DNA of 63,366 bases, filler included. It is 8 parts of 8 records of this genome, joined end to end, with 100 filler letters (N's around TTAATTAATTAA, not from the genome) between each part and the next. Parts side by side here need not be neighbours in the genome. Positions count along the whole stretch, not along the records: positions 44,390 to 53,527 come from SRR20825010_6142; positions 53,628 to 63,366 come from SRR20825010_6143; 6 more parts are not named here. One strand, 5' to 3'. The notes beneath the pieces are model-generated. The model made no database searches and was not told where the DNA came from. It was given only the letters and a program-made list of their open reading frames with translations. Both the position numbers and the translations under genes were made by a program. Of the stretch, positions 52,675 to 61,155 are shown in pieces (position 1 is the stretch's first letter; each line of letters opens with the position of its first letter).

Positions 52675-53526
52675 TTAATTATATTTTTTGAAAATTACTG
52701 AACAATTATGTCCACCAAATCCAAACGTATTACTCAACGCATACTTCATTTCTCTCTTCTGCGCTTTGTTGAAAGTCAAATTCAGCCTTGGATCAAACAC
52801 TTCATCATCGGCGAAGTGATTGATAGTAGGAGGCACAATTCCTTTGTTTAATGCGAAAATACAAGCGATGGCTTCAATAGCTCCTGCAGCACCCAGCAAG
52901 TGACCAGTCATAGACTTAGTACTGCTGATGTTTAGCTTGTAAGCATGCTCACCAAAGACTTGTTGGATAGCCTTGATTTCACCTACATCTCCAAGAGGTG
53001 TAGATGTTCCGTGAACATTGATATAGTCAATGTCTTCAGGATTCAAACCTGCGTCTTCCAACGTGATTTTCATAACATTACTAGCACCTAACCCTTCAGG
53101 GTGTGGGGCCGTGATATGGTGCGCGTCAGCAGTCATTCCTCCACCTACAAGTTCTGCATAGATTTTGGCACCACGTGCTTTTGCGTGCTCATATTCTTCT
53201 AGAATCAATGCTCCGGCACCTTCTCCCAATACAAAACCATCCCTGTCTTTATCAAACGGCCTTGAGGCAGTTTCAGGAGATTCATTACGTTGGGAAAGAG
53301 CTTTCATTGCATTAAATCCACCAATACCCGCTTCAGTCACTGCTGCTTCTGAACCACCACTGATAAAAATATCAGCTTTACCCATTCTAATGTAAGTGAA
53401 TGCATCAATTAGGGCGTTGGTACCTGAAGCACAGGCAGAAACTGTTACAAAGTTTGGACCGCGAAAACCATATTTAATTGATAGAAAGCCAGCGCTGATA
53501 TCAGCAATCATTTTTGGGATAAAGAA
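52675..53526 (-). CDS. fabF: 3-oxoacyl-ACP synthase II, 5'-truncated
   Basis: VSACASG, SRPFDKDRDGFVLGEG, NVHGTST, KSMTGHLLGAAG, SNTFGFGGHN. Confidence 0.96.
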   Translation of the reverse strand, partial: FFIPKMIADISAGFLSIKYGFRGPNFVTVSACASGTNALIDAFTYIRMGKADIFISGGSEAAVTEAGIGGFNAMKALSQRNESPETASRPFDKDRDGFVLGEGAGALILEEYEHAKARGAKIYAELVGGGMTADAHHITAPHPEGLGASNVMKITLEDAGLNPEDIDYINVHGTSTPLGDVGEIKAIQQVFGEHAYKLNISSTKSMTGHLLGAAGAIEAIACIFALNKGIVPPTINHFADDEVFDPRLNLTFNKAQKREMKYALSNTFGFGGHNCSVIFKKYN

Positions 53527-53527
53527 T

Positions 53528-53627
53528 NNNNNNNNNNNNNNNNNNNNNNNNNNNNNNNNNNNNNNNNNNNNTTAATTAATTAANNNNNNNNNNNNNNNNN
53601 NNNNNNNNNNNNNNNNNNNNNNNNNNN
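53528..53627. other. Artificial contig spacer
   Basis: N-run with TTAATTAATTAA. Confidence 0.99.
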
Positions 53628-54217
53628 GCAGTGGTCGGCTCATCCGCGATCAGCAGGGACGGACGGCAGATCAGCGCCATCGAGATCATCGCCCGCTGAC
53701 GCAATCCACCGGACAGCTCGAACGGATAGGTGCGCAGCGCCCGGGCCGGGTCCGGAAAACCGACCATCCGGAGCATATCCTCGGTCAGTTCCTGCGCCTC
53801 GCGGCCGGAAACGTCCCGATGCAGCTCCAGTGCCTCGCGGATCTGGTTCCCCACCGTGTGCAGCGGCGAGAGCGAGGTCATCGGTTCCTGGAAAATCAGC
53901 GATATCTGGCCGCCACGAATCTGCCGCATCGCCTTGCTGTTGCGATTGAGCCGGGCGATGTCGATGATCGTACCTTTTTTACGGTCATCCGCGAACAGGA
54001 TGGAGCCATTGCGGATCTGGGCAATCGGGGGAAGCAGACCCATGATAGCCTGGCTGACAACGCTCTTGCCGGAGCCGGATTCACCAACCAGAGCCACGGT
54101 TTTACCAGCACGGACCTGGAAGGACACCCTGTTTACGGCAAGCAGCTCCCCGCCCGGTAAATCGAACGCAACCTGCAAGTCCCTGACCCGCAGCAGCGGT
54201 GTCAGTTGGTCGTTCAT
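53628..54217 (-). CDS. Dipeptide/oligopeptide-type (DppD-like) ABC ATPase, 3'-truncated
   Basis: GESGSGKS, IFQEPMTSL, YPFELSGGLRQR, IADEPTT. Confidence 0.92.
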
Positions 54218-54246
54218 GCCTTTAATCCCCCTGATCCGCCGGCATC

Positions 54247-54747
54247 CTACTGATCCCTTGCGGCCAGCCCCGTGTTTATCCCTGCGGCCACCAGATTATC
54301 CGTTGTCGTCTGGGTTAGTCCAAGATCGTTTTGCCTGGCAGCGGAAGCGGCATGCTCAAGCACGGTCTCAAAACCGTCAAGCGTCGATTCCAGGCTGATT
54401 TTCACGCCATTCCGGTCCTTCAGGACAAGATGCATCCAGCCGGAGTTCTTCTCCTTCTGAGTCGAGTAATAGCGCAGATCCAGTACAGCAAGTTCCGGCC
54501 ATTTGATGGTCTTGCTCAAGGGTCCATGCGCCTGAATGCCGACGTCATCGACCTCGTACCTGGTTTGCGCCCGGAGCCAGGTTTTGGCGATAAAGCCGGC
54601 GAAAATCAGTGCGATCAGCAAAAAGACGATCTGGAAGGTTCCAAGCATCGGCGCAAAGGCGACCGGAAAGGCGGTAACCGCGAACCCAAGGCCGCCGCGC
54701 ACATAGTCCCCCGTAACCGCGCCTTTCTTGTATCCGTGCAGGCTCAT
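54247..54747 (-). CDS. Hypothetical 2-TM membrane protein with PH-like soluble domain
   Basis: Two N-terminal hydrophobic helices, then IKW..L..LDLRYYST...GWMHLVL; overlaps the upstream stop. Confidence 0.72.
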   Translation of the reverse strand: MSLHGYKKGAVTGDYVRGGLGFAVTAFPVAFAPMLGTFQIVFLLIALIFAGFIAKTWLRAQTRYEVDDVGIQAHGPLSKTIKWPELAVLDLRYYSTQKEKNSGWMHLVLKDRNGVKISLESTLDGFETVLEHAASAARQNDLGLTQTTTDNLVAAGINTGLAARDQ

Positions 54748-55520
54748 CCCAGATCCTCTACAGGTAAAAAACAGTCATGCGGCGCAATCAGCTCGACGGC
54801 CCGATGGGACTTCACTTCCAGCATCAAAGCCTCAAGCGCACGCCAGTCCTCGCCCACCATTACCAGATGATGCGTCAAAAGTCCGCTCGGCTCCGCCGGG
54901 TCGGCCCGGCCCGTACGGCGCGCTTCAAGATGCGCCGCCAAAGCGGCCGCCACGGCTCCCGAGCCGACAAATTCACGCGTACCGCGCCAGTCAATGACAT
55001 CGCTGTGGGTGTTCACACAGCGCAGGCCCGGCACGGCCGAGGATGCCTGCCGCGGGCCGAAGGTCGAAAGCCCCCTGAAACCGCACCCGGGAAGCGCCTC
55101 GACCAGATCCGGTGCGATGCGATTCCAGGGCGGCACAAAACAGGGAAGCAGAAGCTCCGGAAATGCGTCGCGCAAGGCGCTCAAGGCCGCGCGCGCATCC
55201 CCGCATTTATCATCCAGCGCGCGGGAGGCCGGGAATTCGCACTTCTTTTCACCGTCCGCCGCATGGTTCCGGTGAGCAAATCCATGCACCAGAAGTTCCG
55301 TGCCGGCTCCCGCAAGACGCGCCGCCAGCCCGCCCATGTCGGCGCCTTCCGGCACAATTGCCAGCCCCGGAACCCATTCCGTCGCCTCCGCCATGGCAAG
55401 CAACGGCTCCAATGCCGGGGTCGGGCGCTGCAGGTCGTCGTCCCGCCACCAGATCGTGGCGGTCAGTCCCTCCGCATCCCAGCGATCAAGCTCCCGCAGG
55501 AGAATGCCGGTCCCGGTCAC
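54744..55520 (-). CDS. NodB/CE4-fold polysaccharide deacetylase-like protein
   Basis: WWRDDD, VHGFAHRNH, FVPPWNRI and LLTHH resemble CE4-superfamily motifs; 4-nt overlaps on both sides. Confidence 0.75.
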   Translation of the reverse strand: MTGTGILLRELDRWDAEGLTATIWWRDDDLQRPTPALEPLLAMAEATEWVPGLAIVPEGADMGGLAARLAGAGTELLVHGFAHRNHAADGEKKCEFPASRALDDKCGDARAALSALRDAFPELLLPCFVPPWNRIAPDLVEALPGCGFRGLSTFGPRQASSAVPGLRCVNTHSDVIDWRGTREFVGSGAVAAALAAHLEARRTGRADPAEPSGLLTHHLVMVGEDWRALEALMLEVKSHRAVELIAPHDCFLPVEDLG

Positions 55521-56680
55521 GCCGGCTCCAGCAACTGGCTGAGAATGCGCGCCGTTCCGGCAGCGCCATCAAGATCGATGCCCGAAACACCCACCTCACG
55601 GCCCGCCACCGCCTGCTGCATCGCCTGTGCAAGCGCGTCATGGGTCAGGGCATCTTCCGGCACCACGGCAAGGCGTCCGCGCTTCGCCAGCAGATCCGCG
55701 CGGATCCGTTGCTCGGTCTCGACGCCGCCCTCATAGGGAATCACCACGGACGCCGTCCCTGCCGTCAGCACTTCGGCCAGAGTGTTGTAGCCAGCTTGTG
55801 AAATCGAAAGGAACGCTCTCGAAATGATTGAGGCAAGATCGGGACGGCTGCGCTCGACGATCACGCCCGGCCCGGCCAACTTTTCAATCTCGCGCGCTGC
55901 CTCGTCCGGCATGTGCGGCCCGGTAACAAAGCGCCATGTCCGGTCGGCAAAGGGGAGAGCGGAGCGAAGCTCTGCCACCGCGCGCATGATATCCCCGCCA
56001 ACGGCCCCGCCACCGGCCGAGACCACAACCTCGCCCGCGCCGTCACCAGTTTCATTGCCCGCTATATCGATCGGGTTCAGCACATAGCCGGTATAGCGGA
56101 CCGGAGGTGTCAGTTCGTCATACATCGGGAAGGTATCGGCGAGGCTGATGACCGCCTCATCGCCATGCACCAGCACCATGTCGTAGTACCGGTCGACGGT
56201 TTCGACGATCTCCCGGTTGCGGTCCGGGCGCGGTTTGGTGACCAGAATATCCCGCATCGAAGAGACAATTTTCGGTTGCCAGTCCACCGCCTTGGCCCGG
56301 TCGAGCAGCGGCAGCAATTCGAAGCGCATCTGCCGCCGTCCGAAAGGAAACAGCTCCGTGAAAACGATATCGGGGCGGATTTCCTCGAACAGGGCGAGCA
56401 ATGTGTCGCACCGGGCAGCGCGCCATGCATCGTCGATTTCCCGGCCGTTCTCGTCCGCCAGAACCTTGAACAGGCTGTCCACGGCACGCACGGGCGGCAA
56501 CTGATGCAGGATCGCACCGCCAATATCCAGATGCGGAACCGGCATGCCGCCGGAGACGAAATGCACCTCGAAACCATCAGCGACCGCGGCCTGCGCGACT
56601 GCCGCCGCCCGGCGCAGATGGCCAATGCCCAGGAGGTTCTGGACATAGAGAAAAAGCGTCTTGGGCCGGGTATCCGTCAT
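55517..56680 (-). CDS. GT-B glycosyltransferase (COG4671 / GT28-C-like)
   Basis: YVQNLLGIGHLRR, ELFPFGRR..RFEL.PLL, SMRDIL, VSAGGGAVG, SQAGYNT, ETEQ..RA. Confidence 0.85.
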   Translation of the reverse strand: MTDTRPKTLFLYVQNLLGIGHLRRAAAVAQAAVADGFEVHFVSGGMPVPHLDIGGAILHQLPPVRAVDSLFKVLADENGREIDDAWRAARCDTLLALFEEIRPDIVFTELFPFGRRQMRFELLPLLDRAKAVDWQPKIVSSMRDILVTKPRPDRNREIVETVDRYYDMVLVHGDEAVISLADTFPMYDELTPPVRYTGYVLNPIDIAGNETGDGAGEVVVSAGGGAVGGDIMRAVAELRSALPFADRTWRFVTGPHMPDEAAREIEKLAGPGVIVERSRPDLASIISRAFLSISQAGYNTLAEVLTAGTASVVIPYEGGVETEQRIRADLLAKRGRLAVVPEDALTHDALAQAMQQAVAGREVGVSGIDLDGAAGTARILSQLLEPA

Positions 56681-57270
56681 GACAGCAGGCTCACATTCAT
56701 TGCATCCGGACGGATCTCCCCGTCCGGGTCGAGACGGACCATATGCATGGCCGACCAGTCAAGCCGGACCGGCGGCTTTCCCATCATGTCCCAGTCCCAG
56801 GCGAGTGCCAGCGCGGCGCGGATCACCCCCTTGTGGGTGACGGCGAGGCAGCGTTCCGGCAGTGGCTGCCGTGCCTGAAGTTTTTCAAAAAACACCTGCA
56901 GCCGGCGCTGCACATCGCGTGGAGATTCCCCGCCCGGGGGCCGGAAATCCAGACCCCGGTCCTCGTTCTCTTTCATTTCGGATCCGAGTTGATCCCTGAG
57001 CTCGGCAAGCCGCCGGCCTTCCCAATCTCCCCAATGCATTTCCGTCAGAAGCGGCTCCTCTTCCAGGTAGGCACACCCCGCCAGCGAGGCTGTCTCCCGG
57101 GCACGCTGAAGCGGTGAGATCAGGGCCGGTGCTAGCCGGAAGGCTTCCGGAAGCCGGTAGCGGGCCACCTGTGCCCGGCCTTCTGCGGAAAGCGGGATAT
57201 CGGTCCGGCCCTGCAAACGTTGCTCGGCATTCCACGCGGTCGGCCCATGCCGCAGAAATCCGATCAGCAT
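56677..57270 (-). CDS. Histidine phosphatase (PGM-like) family protein
   Basis: LRHGPT.WN..RLQGRTDIPL, SPLQRARET, E..WGDWEG, PGGES, VTHKGVIR. Confidence 0.92.
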   Translation of the reverse strand: MLIGFLRHGPTAWNAEQRLQGRTDIPLSAEGRAQVARYRLPEAFRLAPALISPLQRARETASLAGCAYLEEEPLLTEMHWGDWEGRRLAELRDQLGSEMKENEDRGLDFRPPGGESPRDVQRRLQVFFEKLQARQPLPERCLAVTHKGVIRAALALAWDWDMMGKPPVRLDWSAMHMVRLDPDGEIRPDAMNVSLLS

Positions 57271-58391
57271 GGCAGGGCCTCGAGCGCCGCATTCAGCCGG
57301 GCCGCAGCGCTTTCGAGACTATGAGCGCGATTGGCCTGCTCCCGGCCTGCGGCACCGAAGCGGCGCGCAAGATCCATATCGAGAAGCAGCCGATCAAGGT
57401 TGACGGCAAAACCGGCGCTGTCTCCTTCGGCGGAAAGCAGGCCCGTTACGCCATCGCTGACGATATCCGGCACCCCGCCGACATCGCCCGCCACGACCGG
57501 AAGTCCGTTGGCCTGGGCCTCCAACAATGCCATGCCGTAGGCTTCGTTGATCGCGGGCCAGACGAAGATATCCACCGCCTGATAGAGAGCCTGGAGCTGC
57601 GCAGCATCTACCGCCCCAAGCAGATGAACGCGGCCCCGATGCGGCGCGAAACAGGCCTCGACCTCCGGCCGGCCGTCACCATCACCGGCAATGACCAGCG
57701 CCCACGGCCGCTCCGGCGGGATCCGCGACAGGGCATCCGCCAGCACTCTGTAGGACTGGATTTTCACCCCCGGCCGCATCATGCCGACGGCAAGCAGCAA
57801 CGGAACACCCGCTGCAATCCCGAGACGTTCCCTCAGCGCGGTCCCGGCACCCGGGTCTTCCGGATAGGGCAGGCCATCGAGGAACGGCTTGATCTCAAGA
57901 TACCGGCCAGCCGGCCCAAGACACGGTGCCACACAGCCTTTGTCCCGGCTGTTGAAGCCGATGGCAAGCGCGGCCTGACCGAGCGCTTCCAAAACCCTCT
58001 GGTGTGAATCCGCCCACGGTCCCGACGCCCGTTTCGGGGCATTCGACGCCTCGGCGACCACATAGGGAATGCCAAGCCGGGCCGCGATCCCGGGCCCGAT
58101 CAGGTCGGGAGCCTTGTAATAAAGGTGATAGGTGAACCAGAGGTCCGGCGGCACAATCTTTCCGGACTCGCAACATTTCACGAACCGGTCCGTATAACGC
58201 GCGCCAAGCCGGACGAGCCGGGCCTGACGGGCCAGGTCGCCCTTGCCGTCCCTGCTGCGCAGCCGGGAGGCGAGGAACACCTCATGTCCACCGACACGGA
58301 GAGCTGCCATAAGCAAACGCGCCATGCGCCGGTCTCCGGAGGGTGTCGGTGCATCCGGGGATTTCAGCGGCGCGTGGAAAGCGATCCTCAC
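57264..58391 (-). CDS. GT4 glycosyltransferase
   Basis: PSGDRRMARL, TYHLYYKAPD, VWPAINEAYGMALLEAQA (Ex7E), VAGDVGGVPDIV. Confidence 0.9.
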   Translation of the reverse strand: MRIAFHAPLKSPDAPTPSGDRRMARLLMAALRVGGHEVFLASRLRSRDGKGDLARQARLVRLGARYTDRFVKCCESGKIVPPDLWFTYHLYYKAPDLIGPGIAARLGIPYVVAEASNAPKRASGPWADSHQRVLEALGQAALAIGFNSRDKGCVAPCLGPAGRYLEIKPFLDGLPYPEDPGAGTALRERLGIAAGVPLLLAVGMMRPGVKIQSYRVLADALSRIPPERPWALVIAGDGDGRPEVEACFAPHRGRVHLLGAVDAAQLQALYQAVDIFVWPAINEAYGMALLEAQANGLPVVAGDVGGVPDIVSDGVTGLLSAEGDSAGFAVNLDRLLLDMDLARRFGAAGREQANRAHSLESAAARLNAALEALPC

Positions 58392-59650
58392 GCTGCTTCG
58401 TCCGTTCCCGTAGCAGCCCCCGTAGCAAGCCCAAGCAACGCCGCCAGCGTTCCAATCGCCGTCAGATGATCAAACCGGCTGCGGACCCTGGCCTCTCCGG
58501 CCGCCCCATACCGTGCCCTGAGAGCCGGGTTCCGGATCAGTTCCTCCACCGCCTTCGCCAGAGCCGCAATATCGTCCGGCGGAACAAGGGCGCCGGTGAC
58601 ACCGTCTTCCATCAGCTCCGGGATGGCGGACACATCCGTGGCAAGGCAGCAAAGTCCCTGGCTCTGCGCCTCCATCAACACATTCGGCAGCCCGTCCCGA
58701 TCCCCGTCTTCGGCAATCCGGCTCGGCAGGATGAAGAGATCGGAGCCGCGATAGGCCTCAAGCACCTCACTCTGCGCCGCCGCCCCCCGCCAGGTGATAC
58801 GCCCGGAAAGACCCAGACCCTCCGCCTGACCCTTCAGCGCCTTCAGCTCCTTGCCGCCACCGATATGCGTCCAGTGCCAGGATAATTCTTCCGGAAGCCG
58901 GGCGAGCGCATCCAGAAGCTGGTCGAACCCCTTTTTCGGGACCGCGCGGCCGACCGAAAGCAGACGCACAGGTTCACCGGCGCCGTCGCGCTGCACCGGA
59001 CGTTCAACCCCGGGCGCGAAACTGGAGAGATCGAGGCCGTGATAGACCAGTCTGGTTTTGCCGGGCACGAGAGACTCCAGATGCTCAAAGCCATAGCGGG
59101 TGCAGGTCACGGCCCAGGCCGCATCGGCCAGCTTTTCGCGCTTCTCCCACTCCGGCGAGAGCCAGATATCCTTGGCATGCGCCGAGGCGGACCAGCTCCG
59201 TCCGCTCATCAGCGCCGCATAGCGGGCGACCGAGGACGGCGTGTGCAGGAAATGCGCATAGATATGGCGAAACTTCGGATCAAGCTCGGTTGCCAGCACC
59301 AGTGCCTGGCCGAAGCGGCGTCCCCGGTTTGGGGTAAAATCACGCTTCAGGTCCTTCAGCCAGAGACGGAAAGTCGCGCCATAGCCGGGCATCCGGCGGG
59401 CCTTCCACCAGGCCTTCAGAACCCGGAGAGGCTCCTGATAGAGGTATTCCGGCAGATAATTGACCCCGGCCGAGATCTTGCCATGCACCGGATGGCTGGC
59501 CGTATCCGTCGGATGGCGCAGGGAAATGATGGTGTAATCGAGCCCGAGGCGCTGCAGCTCGAGAATTTCCTGCGCGATGAAGGTTTCCGAAAGGCGCGGA
59601 TAGCCCTTCAGAACGATGGCCGTCGGAACGCTCGTCTGTGATCTTGCCAT
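58388..59650 (-). CDS. GT4 glycosyltransferase (WcaL-like)
   Basis: KGYPRLSETFIAQEI, AHFLHTP, SAHAKDI, VGRAVPKKG, DRDGLPNVLMEA; start placed at ATG 59650. Confidence 0.9.
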   Translation of the reverse strand: MARSQTSVPTAIVLKGYPRLSETFIAQEILELQRLGLDYTIISLRHPTDTASHPVHGKISAGVNYLPEYLYQEPLRVLKAWWKARRMPGYGATFRLWLKDLKRDFTPNRGRRFGQALVLATELDPKFRHIYAHFLHTPSSVARYAALMSGRSWSASAHAKDIWLSPEWEKREKLADAAWAVTCTRYGFEHLESLVPGKTRLVYHGLDLSSFAPGVERPVQRDGAGEPVRLLSVGRAVPKKGFDQLLDALARLPEELSWHWTHIGGGKELKALKGQAEGLGLSGRITWRGAAAQSEVLEAYRGSDLFILPSRIAEDGDRDGLPNVLMEAQSQGLCCLATDVSAIPELMEDGVTGALVPPDDIAALAKAVEELIRNPALRARYGAAGEARVRSRFDHLTAIGTLAALLGLATGAATGTDEAA

Positions 59651-59696
59651 AACCTGCTGAACCAATGTGACGCCTGTCCGCGAGCCGGACGCTGGC

Positions 59697-60944
59697 TCAG
59701 GCTTCCCGTCGGAGCACGGCGACCTTGGCGGTGGGGCCCTGCCCATACAACCAGTTCTGTGCCAGCCGATTGACTTCTTCAAGCCCATCCAGCAAACCGG
59801 ATTCCATCGTCTCCGACGGAGTCGGCTGACTGGGCAGGCGCCGCAGCGCCTCCGACATGACGTCCGGGTCACGCTCGCCGTCATCCACGAGCATGGCGGT
59901 GATCCCCAGCTCTTCGGCGCGGGCGGCGCGAATATACTGCTCCATCCGCGGCTCCGTCCGGGGCACGATCAGCGCCCGCTTGTCGAAGGACAGAATCTCG
60001 CAGAAAGTGTTGTAACCACCCATGGCGACAATACCCGCCGCGCGCGCCATCAGGCTCTCGATGCGTGAGTCGAAAGTGATGACATCGACCCGGTCGAGCT
60101 CGGCGGCCCGCTCCATGAAGTCGTTCTGCAACTCCGCCGGCATGAACGGTCCAAGCACGAGAAGAGCGCGGTACGGAAGATCCGCATCCGCTTCGTAAGC
60201 CTTGAGAACCCAGTCCATCAGCCCGTCGCCATCGCCACCGCCACCGGCCGTGACAAGAATGAACGGATCTTCAAGATCCGTCGTCATGATCGGGTGCACG
60301 TGACTTGGCACCTTGCGTTTCAGATAGCCCGTATAGGACGTCTTGGCCTGCACGGAGTCCGGCATTGGCATGCCGGAATACGGATCGCAGACAGACTGCA
60401 GGCCATAGACCCAGATGTCGTCATAGACATCGCGCAGGGCTTCGACCGCGTTCTTGCGCTCCCACTCCGGCAGCAGCTTTTCCGGCTCGTCCATGACGTC
60501 ACGCAGGCCAAGCACCAGCGGTGTTCCGCGCTCCTTCAGCATCTCCAGGGTCGGCCGGACCTCGCCGCGCAGCCCCCAGGGCTCCTTGTCCACGATGAAG
60601 AGATCAGGGTCGAACGCATCCGCCGTATGCTTGATGATCGAGGAGCGCAGATTCAGCGTATCCTCGATATCCAGATGCAGATTGAGCGAGGTGTAATCGC
60701 CGTTGCGCAGCTTGATCACGCCCGGAATGCGGACGAAATCGACGCGCGTGCGAAAATCGAAACTGCCTATGATCGGCGACCCGGACAGAATCAGCACGGA
60801 CAGGTCGGACTGCCGTTCCACCAAAGAGTGCGCAATTGCCCGGCAACGCCGGAGGTGACCCAGCCCCATTGTATCGTGGCTGTACATCAGCACACGTTTT
60901 GGGCCGCGTTTGTTGCTAGCAGCGTACGTCAAACGCTCATCCAC
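59697..60944 (-). CDS. GT-B glycosyltransferase (COG4671 / GT28-C-like)
   Basis: YSHDTMGLGHLRR, VDKEP.GL.GE, LGLRDVMD, VTAGGGGDG, AMGGYNTFCE, VPRT.PR.EQ.IRA. Confidence 0.87.
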   Translation of the reverse strand: MDERLTYAASNKRGPKRVLMYSHDTMGLGHLRRCRAIAHSLVERQSDLSVLILSGSPIIGSFDFRTRVDFVRIPGVIKLRNGDYTSLNLHLDIEDTLNLRSSIIKHTADAFDPDLFIVDKEPWGLRGEVRPTLEMLKERGTPLVLGLRDVMDEPEKLLPEWERKNAVEALRDVYDDIWVYGLQSVCDPYSGMPMPDSVQAKTSYTGYLKRKVPSHVHPIMTTDLEDPFILVTAGGGGDGDGLMDWVLKAYEADADLPYRALLVLGPFMPAELQNDFMERAAELDRVDVITFDSRIESLMARAAGIVAMGGYNTFCEILSFDKRALIVPRTEPRMEQYIRAARAEELGITAMLVDDGERDPDVMSEALRRLPSQPTPSETMESGLLDGLEEVNRLAQNWLYGQGPTAKVAVLRREA

Positions 60945-61025
60945 TCACACATCGGCCTTGAAAGCTGAAGGCCCCGCTGAACCGCGGGTTTGATCCCCAC
61001 GCATATCCCCATTTTCTTATCACTA

Positions 61026-61047
61026 TGCCACAGTGTTACTTGTGGCA
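61026..61047. promoter_or_regulatory. Candidate operator in divergent intergenic region
   Basis: TGCCACA-N8-TGTGGCA perfect inverted repeat between the GT operon and the ABC exporter. Confidence 0.35.
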
Positions 61048-61155
61048 AAACCAGTTTGGCCTAACCCGCATTTACGTTATGACACTGTTCGGTTACTGTT
61101 TTGCGCACAAACGATTTTTGCCGACATCGCCAACCTGCATAGGCTGACGGACCGC

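Noticed and set aside
8781-53627. Seven recurrences of TTAATTAATTAA within N-runs, superficially a regular repeat array
   Set aside because: Identical 100-nt artificial linkers joining unrelated contigs; composition and gene content change abruptly at each. ORFs ending in X...LIN are artefacts.
58388-59884. 498-aa GT4 with long N-terminal extension
   Set aside because: The extension overlaps the upstream GT in another frame; homology starts near ATG 59650.
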